A stretch of 64,000 nucleotides of DNA from Rhodosorus marinus CCMP1338 (GCA_029953675.1 JAMWBK010000007.1:620001-684000), one strand, 5' to 3'. Positions 45,107 to 56,608 are shown, counted from the first letter of the stretch. Program-made: numbers and translations. The notes: generated by a model from the sequence alone, not told the origin.

Positions 45107-48100
45107 CCAGCAGTAGTAAACTGCAAAACGCGGTTGGGTCCAATCTGCGTATTGTCATCCCAAAAGGCAAACTTTTTGTTGTTCTCCCTTTCAACAGCGT
45201 TGATGGTGAAACGGGAGCCTACAACCGTGATTGAGCGGAGTGGGGAGGGTCCGGATAGGGAGTCAGAGGATACAGTATATCCAGGAGGCATCGAGGTCAC
45301 AGTCACAGTAGCAGTGAGAGGACGTATCTGCATAGTAGAGACTCCCCTCCTCCCACCACTCTCGGCAAACACTTGAATCTCCAGAAAGAAATAGTCGCCG
45401 TGGTCCTCGACTTCGTATTCAACCTCTGCAACTCCACCAACTGTCAATTCCTCGTGTCTGTGGCATATCGTCTGACAGTGAATCAGAGAAACTATCCAGA
45501 ACAGGTTACGCACGGGGATCGCGGCGCCCTTGTAGTCATAGCACTGTGCGCTTAAACGAACGACATCCGCAACTTGAAACCTTGGTCCCACACCGTTGCC
45601 AAATTCACAGCGCGGAAGCATTGAGCCCACGGCGCAATTCATAGTGGATGCCCGGAGTACCCCCCTGCCACCTCCACTGATCTTCATTGTGATCCGACTG
45701 TGCCTCTGGATGTTACAGGAGAGTGTTCTTCTGGTGAATCGAGCAATGAGCTCTGATCTGCAAATAATGTTCCCCTTAGGATCTTGGATCGTAACTCTGA
45801 CAGAGTTGCCGTGAGTACAGGCAACCGTCACAGAGAGTTGTCCACAGTTGCCAGGCACAATGTAGTCCACTTCAACGGGTGCTCCGAGAAAGATCTCGCG
45901 ACCTGAAACTTCCAGCCGCCATGATGGCCGGATGTCAACTGGCAAAAGGTCCACGAGCTCAAACGCTTCCCCTGAGGGCTCTTCGGCCTCCGTCTGCAGA
46001 CTCCGCGTAAATGCATTGAGAAGCCTGTTACCGGACAGATCTTTCGCCGATGTATCGATTGTCAAGGTGTACTCCGTGTCGGGGGCTAATGGATCAGTCG
46101 GAGTAAGGCGCATAGTCCTCTGGTCCGGGGAGAATCTCGTGGAGAAGCCAATAATATAGCCCCCCAAAGCTACCGGGAGGAGTATTTGAGTCGCGTCCAT
46201 GGTTGATGCAATGTCCATAGCCTCAGAAAACCTAACTACAATTGTATCTTCGATATTGATTCTGCCTGTTGGCCTCACCCAGACCACGCTAGCTTTGTCA
46301 TCGTCATAATCGCCGCATCTGAACTTTGGTAAACCCCAAGTTGAAATCGAGAGGGCTCGGCTCCCTTGAGCTGCCCTCTCCGCGATCAGGACCACGCTCG
46401 CAGCACCCGTCACGTCCACGTCAATGTAACCAGCAGGGTCAGTACGCCTCCTCGGGGCGATATCGCGATACAATTCAGATACAGCACCGCCACTGCTCTT
46501 TGATTCAACTATGAAGTGGACACCTTTCGAGTCGAGAAGCGTAACTACATCATCGACGCCAGTGTACGCCTGCAACCTAGTACACTCGTCCGGTACGTCA
46601 ATCTCCACCTCACCTCTGGCGTACATGGCGATTCCGCTCTTGAAGCTTTGCCCCCGAATCATAAGCGGTGGCACGTCGACGGAGAAAGTGGGAAACTGTA
46701 TGTCTCTGAAAGGGGCGGGATAATCCACGTTTCCATTGCTCGACGAGATCCAATCGAGCTCCGACAACAGCAAAGAGAACCCATCCGCTGTCTTGAAAGA
46801 CGACTCAAAAGTCTTCTTAAGAGATCTACCGGCCGTATCCGTAATTCCGGACACGACAAGGTCATACTCAGTGTTTGGGTCGAGCCTCCTATGTGGGCGC
46901 GCTACCACTGTGTTTGCTGCGGGCTCCCACTCATAGGCTGCGCGGATCTCACTCCCGCTGGACTTGTTCGTGATCCGAACGGATTCTCGGTGGACACTTG
47001 AAAAGTCGATTTTCTTCGAGAACATAACCGAAACATCCGTCGTAAGCTCAGCGCGCTCGTACCGTATCGGTGGGTTCACCCTTACAACCTCAGGCGGACT
47101 TGTATTCACCCTGTGCTCGATTCTAATGACCTGCTGTAGAAGAATTGATACCACGTACAGCCAACCATCTGGGCCCTGCTTCAACTGCACTGGCCCTCCC
47201 ACCTCTGAAGCGAAATCGATGTGTGAACCAATGACGCCGTCACGGTCAACTTCGATGAGTTTTATCCAATTGTTCGTGTAGTCAGCCACAGCTATTCTGT
47301 TCCTCAGTTCCGCAGGCCACTTCGTCGAAGATAGCCGGACTACTCCTGTGGCCGCCGCACCCAGGTCGTGACTGTAGTCCCAGAAGGTGCGATCCGGCTG
47401 TATCTTCCTCTCTCCCCGTTCAACCTCCATGCAGATTGGGTAGAAAGTAGCCTTAAGGTTCGTGCGCTGGGCTTCCGTACATGGCCATCCGAAGTTGAGA
47501 CCCGGAAAACCCGGCCAGATGCTCTCCCAAGCAGCCTGGCCCACGTTCGCAATCAGCGGTATATCATACACCGGATCGTAACCGATTCTGAAGGGATTTC
47601 GCACTCCCAGGTTCCAAACTTTCGCTCTGTTCGTGGTCCGGTCGTTGCTATAGATGAAGGGACTGCCTGGACATGCTAACCCTGTTCTCGTAATGCAATG
47701 GACCTTTCCAGTCTTGTACCAGAGTTTCTGAGCTCGGATCTGGAGCTCACTAAACGTGGCAACACTGGAGGCGTCGCCAACCCCTATGAAAATCTTTCCA
47801 TCCGGGCTCATCGCGAGACCGCCCATGTTGTGACTCCTATTTTCCAAGCAGATGATATCCTTCACTGCCACAGATCCTGGTGTGCAGCCAGAAGCTGGCG
47901 GAGCTTGAGTACCCATTAGAATCACTGGGTCAATGGCCTGAGTCAGGTCATCGCTAAGCTTATACCGCGCAACGATTCCGCCTTTGGTTCCATAGTCGCT
48001 TGTCCCTTTTTGCCGGTTGTCCGTGTATGATATGTAAAAATAGGGGTAGTCCTGAAAGTCCGCGTCCACCATGCACGCGGTAAGCCCCCTCGCACCGAAG

Positions 48101-48357
48101 TTGACGACTTCGTTCGAGATGTCCAGGAAAGGCTTGGACTGACGAACGCCGTCGATCACCAACCACACCAATCCCCGCTTCTCACACACCAGGATACGCG
48201 ACACATCGCCGGGAATCCAGTCCACATCCAGCATGGACTGGTAGTCCCCTTCCACGACAACCGTCGAGGCCAGATCCTCTGCGTCGAAAACCACAGCTCC
48301 GGTGATTCCCAACAAGATACTCAAGATCAACCCAAGCTTTTTTCCTCTCCCCACCAT
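45070..48357 (-). CDS. Secreted glucose/sorbosone dehydrogenase (PQQ-type beta-propeller) + Ig-like (Big_5) + NPCBM/NEW2 + Ig-like multidomain protein
   Basis: GSDH motifs (LVCEKRG, G.RGLT....D.DF....YFYISY, HNMGGLAMSPDGK.FIGVGD, GVRNPFRI, GGPVQLKQGPDGWLYVV); Big_5 (PP.VVRVNP...SVMFSK); NPCBM (IRGQSFKSGIAMYA...LQAYTGVDD...IDVDVTGA..V.LIA); HC..ICH.H motif. Start placed at Met43 of the listed ORF, before the hydrophobic LGLILSILLGITGA. Confidence 0.85.
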   Translation of the reverse strand: MVGRGKKLGLILSILLGITGAVVFDAEDLASTVVVEGDYQSMLDVDWIPGDVSRILVCEKRGLVWLVIDGVRQSKPFLDISNEVVNFGARGLTACMVDADFQDYPYFYISYTDNRQKGTSDYGTKGGIVARYKLSDDLTQAIDPVILMGTQAPPASGCTPGSVAVKDIICLENRSHNMGGLAMSPDGKIFIGVGDASSVATFSELQIRAQKLWYKTGKVHCITRTGLACPGSPFIYSNDRTTNRAKVWNLGVRNPFRIGYDPVYDIPLIANVGQAAWESIWPGFPGLNFGWPCTEAQRTNLKATFYPICMEVERGERKIQPDRTFWDYSHDLGAAATGVVRLSSTKWPAELRNRIAVADYTNNWIKLIEVDRDGVIGSHIDFASEVGGPVQLKQGPDGWLYVVSILLQQVIRIEHRVNTSPPEVVRVNPPIRYERAELTTDVSVMFSKKIDFSSVHRESVRITNKSSGSEIRAAYEWEPAANTVVARPHRRLDPNTEYDLVVSGITDTAGRSLKKTFESSFKTADGFSLLLSELDWISSSNGNVDYPAPFRDIQFPTFSVDVPPLMIRGQSFKSGIAMYARGEVEIDVPDECTRLQAYTGVDDVVTLLDSKGVHFIVESKSSGGAVSELYRDIAPRRRTDPAGYIDVDVTGAASVVLIAERAAQGSRALSISTWGLPKFRCGDYDDDKASVVWVRPTGRINIEDTIVVRFSEAMDIASTMDATQILLPVALGGYIIGFSTRFSPDQRTMRLTPTDPLAPDTEYTLTIDTSAKDLSGNRLLNAFTRSLQTEAEEPSGEAFELVDLLPVDIRPSWRLEVSGREIFLGAPVEVDYIVPGNCGQLSVTVACTHGNSVRVTIQDPKGNIICRSELIARFTRRTLSCNIQRHSRITMKISGGGRGVLRASTMNCAVGSMLPRCEFGNGVGPRFQVADVVRLSAQCYDYKGAAIPVRNLFWIVSLIHCQTICHRHEELTVGGVAEVEYEVEDHGDYFFLEIQVFAESGGRRGVSTMQIRPLTATVTVTSMPPGYTVSSDSLSGPSPLRSITVVGSRFTINAVERENNKKFAFWDDNTQIGPNRVLQFTTAGSRTYNAVYEDV

Positions 48358-50622
48358 CTTGCAAATACACCTTCCCCGACCACCAATCGCCTGAAGCAAA
48401 TCTACTGTGATTCTCCTCCACGCGTCTACTTCACACTGTTCGATCTCTGCCTCATCCAATCTGCACTTCACTGGGTCAAACACGCCTCCTACCTACCACT
48501 AAAACTTAATACTATACGCTCCCAGTCGCAACAGCCTTCCTCACCTGCCTCCAACCTGCCCTGACCCGCTACGAAAACTCCGCGTTCTGTGTTCGGTGCC
48601 TGGCGACTCTCGTCTCCAATGGAATGTACCATTGCTAACCTTGCTCTTGTCTTCAATAAACTTCTATAGATGAGAACAAGATGTTGCGGAGCACCAGGCC
48701 CGGCGACGATCTCCCAAAGCAACACTAACTACGTCACCGCCACTACGAAGACGCCCGCGCTTGAAATCGTTTTGTTCTTTTATCTGCATCTTATCCGCAA
48801 TTGTGTGTGTAGTGTGCGACAAGAGCCTCTGAGGGGTAGGCGTGGACGTTAACGGAAGGCGTAGAGTGTGTTTTTCCTGAACGTCGCCATGTTTTCTCCA
48901 TCTCAGCGAAAAAAAGCAGAGGAAACACACCCCCTTCCCAGGAAAGGCGATCACATTAGAGACCTTAGCTGTCCACTCGCCCGCAAGTGAGAATACTATC
49001 AAGTGCGAGCGAGAGTAAAACAGCAAACACCCCCAAGTGGAGTAGTCAAATGTCGCAGACAAACGTAGCTGTACAGACTCCAAGGACTTCAAGAGAATTG
49101 TATCGACTCACCTCATACCTGCCCTTGCCTTACTCCGTAACCCAAACACGGCCCTCCTTCCGGAGCTTTTTGAACTCGGAATAGGGACGCGGTATCGTTG
49201 GTGGCCCCAAGAAGTGAATCACAAAAAAATACCCCCCACCACCACCCGCCCAACAAGATGGCCTACCAGCGGATCGTTTAGTTTCTCTAAACTCTTCAAT
49301 AAATAACCTTTGGAGTGGTTGTAAATTCGCTGGCCCTCTTCCCCCTTGTTTGTCCTCAAAATCCAAAAAAATCTGCTCCTGTCCGGGTTCATTTTTTAAT
49401 TTTATTTTCGAGGAATCCCACGGGAAACCACCCCCCCCCCCCTCTTGCCCCATCAATCTGTAGCTCGATACTTGCTAGGAGGTTGTAACTAGAGCTAAGA
49501 TCAAGTGATATTCCCACACGATTAATCGACAATAAGCGAAATTTCTGGCACTAATCGAATCCATAGTTGATCCGGAGTTTGATGCATCGGATGATCCAAT
49601 CAATATCGGGTAGGATGAATGCAAGGAGCCAGGGGTTTCAGACAGAATACTAATCACTTTTTGCGAATACTAACACAGGGATATTATTATTATAATAGAT
49701 GATTGGCCTTTGTCAGATCAAATTGGTGCATGTTGCGGAGGCCTGGGTACGTGAACGGGTGTGTCGACATGAAGGGCTTGCCAAGCCCTACGACCTCGAA
49801 ACACATATTACTAATATAAATATTTTTTTAAGCTTTTTGGCGGGCATGAAGTTACGGAACAATTGGATCGGTTAACTTTCAGGCTGAGCAAAGGTCCGGA
49901 CATGAATAGAAAAGAAAAACACTTGGTTCGTCCGAGAACGGTCCGAGCGCGGCCGATTGGCGTTCGATATTCTTCAATCAACGACAAATATTGATTGAGC
50001 ATCAATCTTCTTCCTTCGGGATGTTGCCAAACCGTCGAAATTAGAAGTATCAGCAAACGGCGCAAGAACTTTGTGAAAAGTGTACTCAAAAATGAGTATA
50101 AAGTATAGAAATTCACTGCCAGTACCACAAACGACTGAAGTGGTACGACCCTTCCGCCTTTGTTGGGCTTGCGTCCAAGAGAGTCGGTGCAGATGATAAG
50201 TCGGGGCCAGACAGAGATGCATGGCCTGTGTAGAGCACAATGCTGGATATTTTGATATCCACATCCTTCTACTCTGTCAAGACATTTGACCGGTGCTTCT
50301 TCTCGCTGTCGCGTTTTCCAGGTGTCTGGAATGTAGGGGTGGTTGTTTGGATACCTCTGTAGAAGCTTATCGACTGCTATTCAGCACCCGTCGCCGGGCA
50401 ACTAACTCTCCCAGCGTAACTAAAACTTGTAAAACCAGAATTGTCAATTGGTGGTTAATACTAACGTAGCCTTAACACCTGGTCTTCCCTTCGCACGAGG
50501 AACCTGTTCGCGACTTCGTGTTTTCGTTTTTGATATGATAGGACGGGTACGCTTGGCGTAGTACAAACTAGGAACGAGGAATGAAAGCGTGCAAGCCAAG
50601 CCGGCGGTATCGAGGCTCAGCG

Positions 50623-51235
50623 GTTACGTTAGTCTGGGGTAGTGCGCTACGGTAGGTAGCAGCCGAATAAAGGCTACGGGGTTATCATTGCTACGCATCC
50701 GAGGACATTTCAACGGCATGCGCTGGACGTGACGGTTGTGTCTCCTCTGCAAGGGAAGTATCTGAGGCGTAGTGAGGGGGAGAATGGATATGCAGCAAGA
50801 TGTGCGGAGAGGTGGAACAAAGCGCACTATAAGGAGGCGATGACGATAGAACACCCGGATGACAAGTTCATCCCAATTGCAATAGAAACATTTGGGCGGA
50901 CGGCACAGATGGCACAGGAGTTTCTGCGGGACAGCTGCAAGCATTTGTTGCACCGGAGCCTAGAACTGAGCGATGTAAGATCGCAGATCAACGGCAAATT
51001 ATGGCAGGGGAACGCGGAGGTAGCGATAGGCGCTCTGCGAGTGGACCAGTTGGCGAATCCACTGGTCCCTGTTTTTTCTTTCGAACGTAGCATGAGACCC
51101 CGGTAGCGGGGTTATCGCAACCTTTTCCCTAGATAGTAGTAGCACTAGTGATACGCTGCAGTAGGCAGCTGCCCAATAAAGCTTACGGTTACGCTGCGGT
51201 AGGTAGCTGCCGAACAAAGACTACTGGGTTAGGAA
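50623..51235 (+). mobile_element. CRE family C/D tail followed by the family D RLE 3' part with a doubled tail
   Basis: IIATHPRTFQRHALDVTVVSP..FIPIAIETFGR (RLE). The tail motif GCGCT(G/A)CGGTAGGTAGC.GCCGAATAAAG recurs at 50643, ~51155 and ~51192. Confidence 0.8.
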
Positions 51236-51399
51236 GTGGGGGGGGGGCCAATCGGAAAATATAGCGGTTTGGAAATAAATAATAGAGAAGGAGGTACGCG
51301 GGCCGTACCCGGAGCTTCCTCTGCTCCCGGGAAACCCGCCCTCGGGTACACGCGCACAGGAGAAAGAGCCGCTGCAGCAGCAGCAGCACCAGCACCAGC

Positions 51400-54300
51400 A
51401 CACAGGAGCAGAACAGAGGAACATGGCAACGACAGAACAGGACACAGATATGAATGCAGAAAACAGCGCAGAGAGGCAGGCGGCAGCCGACCCAACTGCC
51501 GCTTTTCTCAACCAGCAACACAGCTACAACCGGTGCTACCAAGCCCTGGGAATTGGCGAGTCTGACATCGTCGACTTTTACGAGGCAGTTTTCAACCTTT
51601 ATTCGAGCATAAATTGTTCGAAAGAACTGCAAGGAGTGACACGTCTCAATGAGCAAGCGCAAAAACCGCATATGTGGCAAGGTGGACCAGCCACTACGAC
51701 CTCGTCTCAACTCCCGCAGCAGCACCCGCGGACGGCGGCAGTCAATCAATAAGCGCCAGAACCCATCAACAATCAACTTCCGGAGGGACAGGTGTCCTAG
51801 CCTGACTGGACTATACCACGGCCTTCCCTGTCATCGGGACCAGCAGCACACGGCCAACGTACACTCAGCGCACTGCCTAAAATACTCCAGCTCGAGAATC
51901 AGAGGCTCAACTCCGACCAGCAGGATGCCCGGGCCCACAGACCCAGCAGGCAGCGCTGCGACAGCTGCACGCCACAGTGGGAGGGTCCTCCTGGGGACCT
52001 TAGACCAAACCGGTACTGGCGACCCTGAGGAATGTAAGACCGCCACGGCTGGACGAGGTAACCCCATCGGCCTTCACAACGGTTCTTTGCAGAGCCTTGG
52101 GGATTCCGAGCTCTTATGCGGCGCACGTGGACTTCATCGCTTCCCACGCGTACTTACTATGCCATCCGCACGCGATTCTGATTCTACAAAGCGCCATCTC
52201 TCGGGGCGTTTTCAGGACAGAGATTTTCGGATCGTTCACCCAGAGACACCCCGATCGGCAAGTGACCCTCTACACGGGCCAGGCACTGGATACAGACAAG
52301 CTGTTGGCTTATAATGAACGTCAGCTCATTGCCCCAGCGAACACCGGGGCCCAGACCCTGAAACGGGCCATTGAACAGACTATCCGGATCCGCGCGAGCC
52401 TTCGCAGAAGGCAACTCTCGTTCAACACTCTCGCAGCAATACACGAGTACCTGGAGAGCAGACTCGGAGCCCTACAAGCCAGACATCGTACTCCAACGGT
52501 ACCCGGGCAGAGCGCGGAACCCCCAGCGCCTGCAGCCGCCACGAACGCAGACTCTGAAGTCTCGTCCCTTACAGGGGACGCACAGGCAGCCCGTGTGACA
52601 GTCAACACTCCGGATAATCCCCTAGCCACTTCCCAAGTACCTGAAGAAGATGCACCCGATGATAACCCTCACGCAGAGCTCCCCTGCAACCTCCCCGAGC
52701 CTCCTCAACACAAGCGGTCGCGAGTATCCACTGATGGCACAGGCCAGGATACCGAGATGACTCCGGAAGCCGTAGAGGCTCCACAGGGCAACACTGCACC
52801 ACAGGCCGACCACACTGCCTCCCATCACGCGATAGACAAACAGGACAGCCAGAAAACACCTACGCAATAATGCCCAGCCGACAAAGGGGAATCAAACAAA
52901 GACGCGACGAGCCTCTGTTCTTCCCGGAGCGTCAAGCCTGGGTCAAACGGTGGACCGACTTCGTTGACGAAGTTACGACATGAGGCAGGCATTGGACGCG
53001 CCTAACACACTGCCCGGTACCCACACGGCACTTTCTGCCCCTGGCCCAGGTCAATACCTGGAGCCGCCTTCTTCGTGCAGCTCTTGAGATTTCCATGGAC
53101 ACCGCTGCACCGGCCAACGCCAGCCTACTTCTTGTCGGACTTCCAGGCCTGGTGCTAGGACGTTGTGCACTTGACATCGGTATTCAGGTCACACGTGTGC
53201 TCCAAGGAGAATTCCAGACGGTCTGGACCGCGCTTGATGACAGGGCGTCCATGCTGCAGCAGAATACTGCCCCAGCGGGAACCGAAGCGACTCGCCGCCA
53301 AGCTTTAGGCCGCTAGAAGCAAGCCCTGAAACTGGCCATCTCGGTCACCTCGCGGACACTGCTCGTCGACTATTGCAACGGAAATGGCTCCCTTCACCAA
53401 GGCTACCTGGTGCCAACTCCAAGGACTCTTATCTTGCAAGAAATTTCGGCAGGTGACTGACCAGACTAGGTGGCGGAGGCCCTGGACTCACTGCACAACA
53501 CTGACAACACGACACTTAAGAGCCGATGAGATCCCACAAAAAAAGCCGCTGATGAGGGCCTCCTGTGGATTTTGGCACGTCTTCCGCAGGGCAAGAACCC
53601 AGGCCCCAGTGGAGTGCGCGCGGAACATCTCCAAGGCGCCAATCAACAGACACAAGTGGCTTTGATCCGCGTACTTTCTTGGCGAGGCGTCGATCAATCC
53701 TGTTGAATGCATTCTCGAGGTCAAGCCTAAGGGCCACCGCGTCTGGTTCACATGACAGACGGGCCTGGATCGCGTGAACTGAGCGTTTCGCATCCGCCAC
53801 TGACTCCGATCCCTAGTTGTAATGGCCCCACGAGCGTGCGCACCCTGCCGATCACGGCGCGAAGGGTCCATTGAGTCGCCACCTTCGCAGAACTTCAGGG
53901 ACGCCGATGGGCCGAACGCCTGGGTTTTCCTCGGGAGCCGATTCCTTCGGTGGCTTCGCGAATGGTAGTAGTCTGCTGCTACGCAGGGCACGCGTCAGCG
54001 GAGAGGAAAACTTCCCCGGGGCTGTCGCTAGTTGTCGCAGTACGCGGATCAAGGCCACTTGTGTCTGTTGATCGGCGCCTTGGAGATGCTCCGCGCGCAT
54101 TCCACTGGGGCCTGGGCTCTTGCCCTGCGGAAGACGTGCCACAATCGACAGGAGGCCCTCATCAGGGGCTTTTGTCGGATCCCATCGGCTCTTAAGGGTG
54201 GTGTTGTCAGTGTTGTGCAGTGAGTCCAGGGCCTCCGCCAACTCGTCTGGTAAGTCACCTGCCGCAGGTTCTGGGAAGAGTCCTTGGAGTTGGCGCCATG

Positions 54301-54470
54301 TAGCCTCGGTTAAGGGAGCCATTTCCGTTGCCTGCCAGTCCGCATATTCGCGCCACGGCCGTGGGTGTTGTAAGCGGAGAGCTCAGCAAGATCGCGTGAG
54401 CAGCACTGTATTGGCCCCAAGTGAGGCTATCGTAAACCCGCTGTACTGATGCTTTAGCACCAGTAAACAC
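51400..54470 (+). mobile_element. Rearranged CRE family B-like element: ORF1, ORF2 (RT) start, then a fold-back inverted segment
   Basis: ORF1 52097-52870 is homologous to 34858-35600. ORF2 starts at an overlapping TAATG. RT motifs (PGPSGMRAEHL, RPIGVPEVLRR, LDLENAFNRIDRR) lie on the minus strand at 53676-54331. Confidence 0.8.
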
Positions 54471-55294
54471 GAACTGCCAAGATTACTGGCGCTCTGAAAA
54501 CTAAGAAGTGCAACCCAATAGCTGCCTCACACTCTCCACAGCGTGCTGTTCATCGTTTCGAGAGCTTTTTCAGAGCGATGGGGCCCGAGCTTAGATGCCT
54601 GGTGAGGTGTCCTACGAGAGGGAAAAGGGAGTCGCAAGTGTGAGTACCCAATCCGGGGACCTTGGCCCAAATTGAACGGATCTGTCTGTGCGGGGCTGCG
54701 GAGTTGTGGATTCTTGATGCCGAAATCGGCAGAAGGTCTGACGCATACCCGTGACTTTGCCGGAGCAATTCAGCCAACGCGAGGGAGGGCGTACGCACAT
54801 ATTTGAAACATATTTGAAACATATTTACCTAAAGCATATTTCTCACTCGCCGCATTCTCCAAAGCTCCAGAGACGCAGCGAGTTCTTGACTGGGATTTGG
54901 GGAGCCGCAGCATAACCAAGCCGTGACTATTCTGCACACCGGCCTCTACATTCTCACGGTTGCGATGACGAGTTCCCATTGGCAATTGCTGATCAACACG
55001 ATTTATTCCTTTCCCGGTATCTTTACCAGCGATATGTTGTCCCAGTAATTTCCACGAAGTCTTGCTTCAAGGACGCGGAGAAGCTCCCAGCATTCCGAAA
55101 AATAAAGTCTAGGAATTTTAGTGTGTAGTCACGTTTGGGTTCTCACGCAAACCAAGGTAGAAAGCAGCAGATACTGTAGCAGAAGCTAAGAAATGGTCTT
55201 GCCAAGGTTAACCCTCGCAATCTATAAAGTCGGTTTGACCATACATCATCCACAAGTATCCCTGCATCGCAGATCGGACTGGTCGGCAACTACT

Positions 55295-56608
55295 CTAGGG
55301 CATTTCCGGGGGGACGTAACCGTCCCCAGCAGTTGCTCCGTTTGCGACGTCTCCGGATAGATTCGCCTCCTTCGCATACGAACTCTTGCTCTTCCTCCTC
55401 TTCATGAACCACAATGCGGCGAGAATCAAGAGCGCAACGCCAGCGATCACTCCGATAACTATTCCAGCGATTGCGCCTCCGCTTAGGCCTGAATCCTCGA
55501 CATCCCCCGCAGCGGTCAGCGTACCAACGTCATCCGCAGAGATGCTCTGAAAGTATTCCTTTCCGTACAAACTTTCAAGGCTTTCCACAACGCTATTGTA
55601 CCCGTCCTTCACGGCCCTGCCAGTTGGCGGGAAATTCTCATCAATCTTGGTACCAACATTGGGATCCGTGCCGTTGATCCATGGCAGAATAGATCTTGCG
55701 AATGCATTTCCTTCTCCACGAGCCTTGGGCAAGTTGCTGGAAGTCCCCCCGCTGTTCTCATCAGCCAGGAAAGCATATCGGATGAGTCCCTGCAAAAGTG
55801 GGACCTTGAGCAAATCGATAATCTCGTTCTTAATCCTTGCCAACTCAGGGCAGTTTCTGGTCGGCGAGTCTACAAGCTTCTTCCCCTCGTTAAGCAAGTC
55901 CATGACCTGTCCGTTGATGTCGGCGGATCCGGTAAACTGCAATTGGCGATTCAGAGCAAGTCCGTACTGCAAGACACCATCATCACCCGTATTAGCTACA
56001 AGACTTCCCACGTAGAAAGCTGCGGTTTCATCCCATGCCTTCGCACCGCCGTCGTTAGCAGTGACGTCCCCGGCTTCACAATCTGCAACTGCGTCCTCCA
56101 TTTCGTGGATAACATACATCGCCAGGCACATATACTGGGCTCCCTTGACAGAAGCTTCAGCCCTGGTCCAATCGTCCGCGCCTCCGAATTCACCTGAAGC
56201 ATCCAGCGCATCAAGAACGTAGTCCCTGGCGTACGCAGGGTTATCATTGTAATATTCCCTGAAGAGCTGGAAGTCAGGCCAATCCGACATTTTATCCTCA
56301 GCTTGCACACTGAAACCTTCCAGAGTTCTAAATCCACCCGAAGAGGTCCGCGAATTCTTTCCCTGTTGGAAAATAGACTTCGCTTGTCCAAACTCAAAAC
56401 TGTCGGCGAAAGCTGCCATATCGTTTACGTCCAGATCAATCTCTCCTCGCTCACGGACATCGGTCGTGCACTGATATGTCGAATACACTGGGCAGGTGTT
56501 TTCATCCCCTAGAGCACAGTCTGGGTCCTCGAAAGGTCCCTCATCCTGGGCCGCAGCAAAAGATGCCACAAGCGCTAAGGCCAATAAGGAAAACCACTTC
56601 ACGGCCAT
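55295..56608 (-). CDS. FEA1/ISIP2a (low-iron-inducible periplasmic, phytotransferrin)-like type I membrane protein
   Basis: Signal peptide MAVKWFSLLALALVASFAAA; RTLEGFS...F..F.EYY, YVIHEMEDAVADC, AKAWDETAAFYVGSL, PLLQGLIRYA motifs recalled from the FEA1/ISIP2a family; C-terminal TM helix IAGIVIGVIAGVALLILAALWF followed by KRRK. Confidence 0.75.
   Translation of the reverse strand: MAVKWFSLLALALVASFAAAQDEGPFEDPDCALGDENTCPVYSTYQCTTDVRERGEIDLDVNDMAAFADSFEFGQAKSIFQQGKNSRTSSGGFRTLEGFSVQAEDKMSDWPDFQLFREYYNDNPAYARDYVLDALDASGEFGGADDWTRAEASVKGAQYMCLAMYVIHEMEDAVADCEAGDVTANDGGAKAWDETAAFYVGSLVANTGDDGVLQYGLALNRQLQFTGSADINGQVMDLLNEGKKLVDSPTRNCPELARIKNEIIDLLKVPLLQGLIRYAFLADENSGGTSSNLPKARGEGNAFARSILPWINGTDPNVGTKIDENFPPTGRAVKDGYNSVVESLESLYGKEYFQSISADDVGTLTAAGDVEDSGLSGGAIAGIVIGVIAGVALLILAALWFMKRRKSKSSYAKEANLSGDVANGATAGDGYVPPEMP

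Noticed and set aside
44829-45194. 121-aa ORF with 22-aa repeats
   Set aside because: It is an alternative-frame product of the 66-bp triplication overlapping the GSDH gene end.
48358-48483. N-terminal 42 aa of the listed 1137-aa ORF
   Set aside because: It opens from a non-ATG codon; the ATG at 48357 precedes a clear signal peptide.
51780-51870. Possible HDV-like ribozyme at the element 5' end (also 14570-14620)
   Set aside because: The P1/P2/P3 pseudoknot could not be built. 51810-51870 is better explained as ORF1 coding sequence, and 14575-14610 is a simple hairpin.
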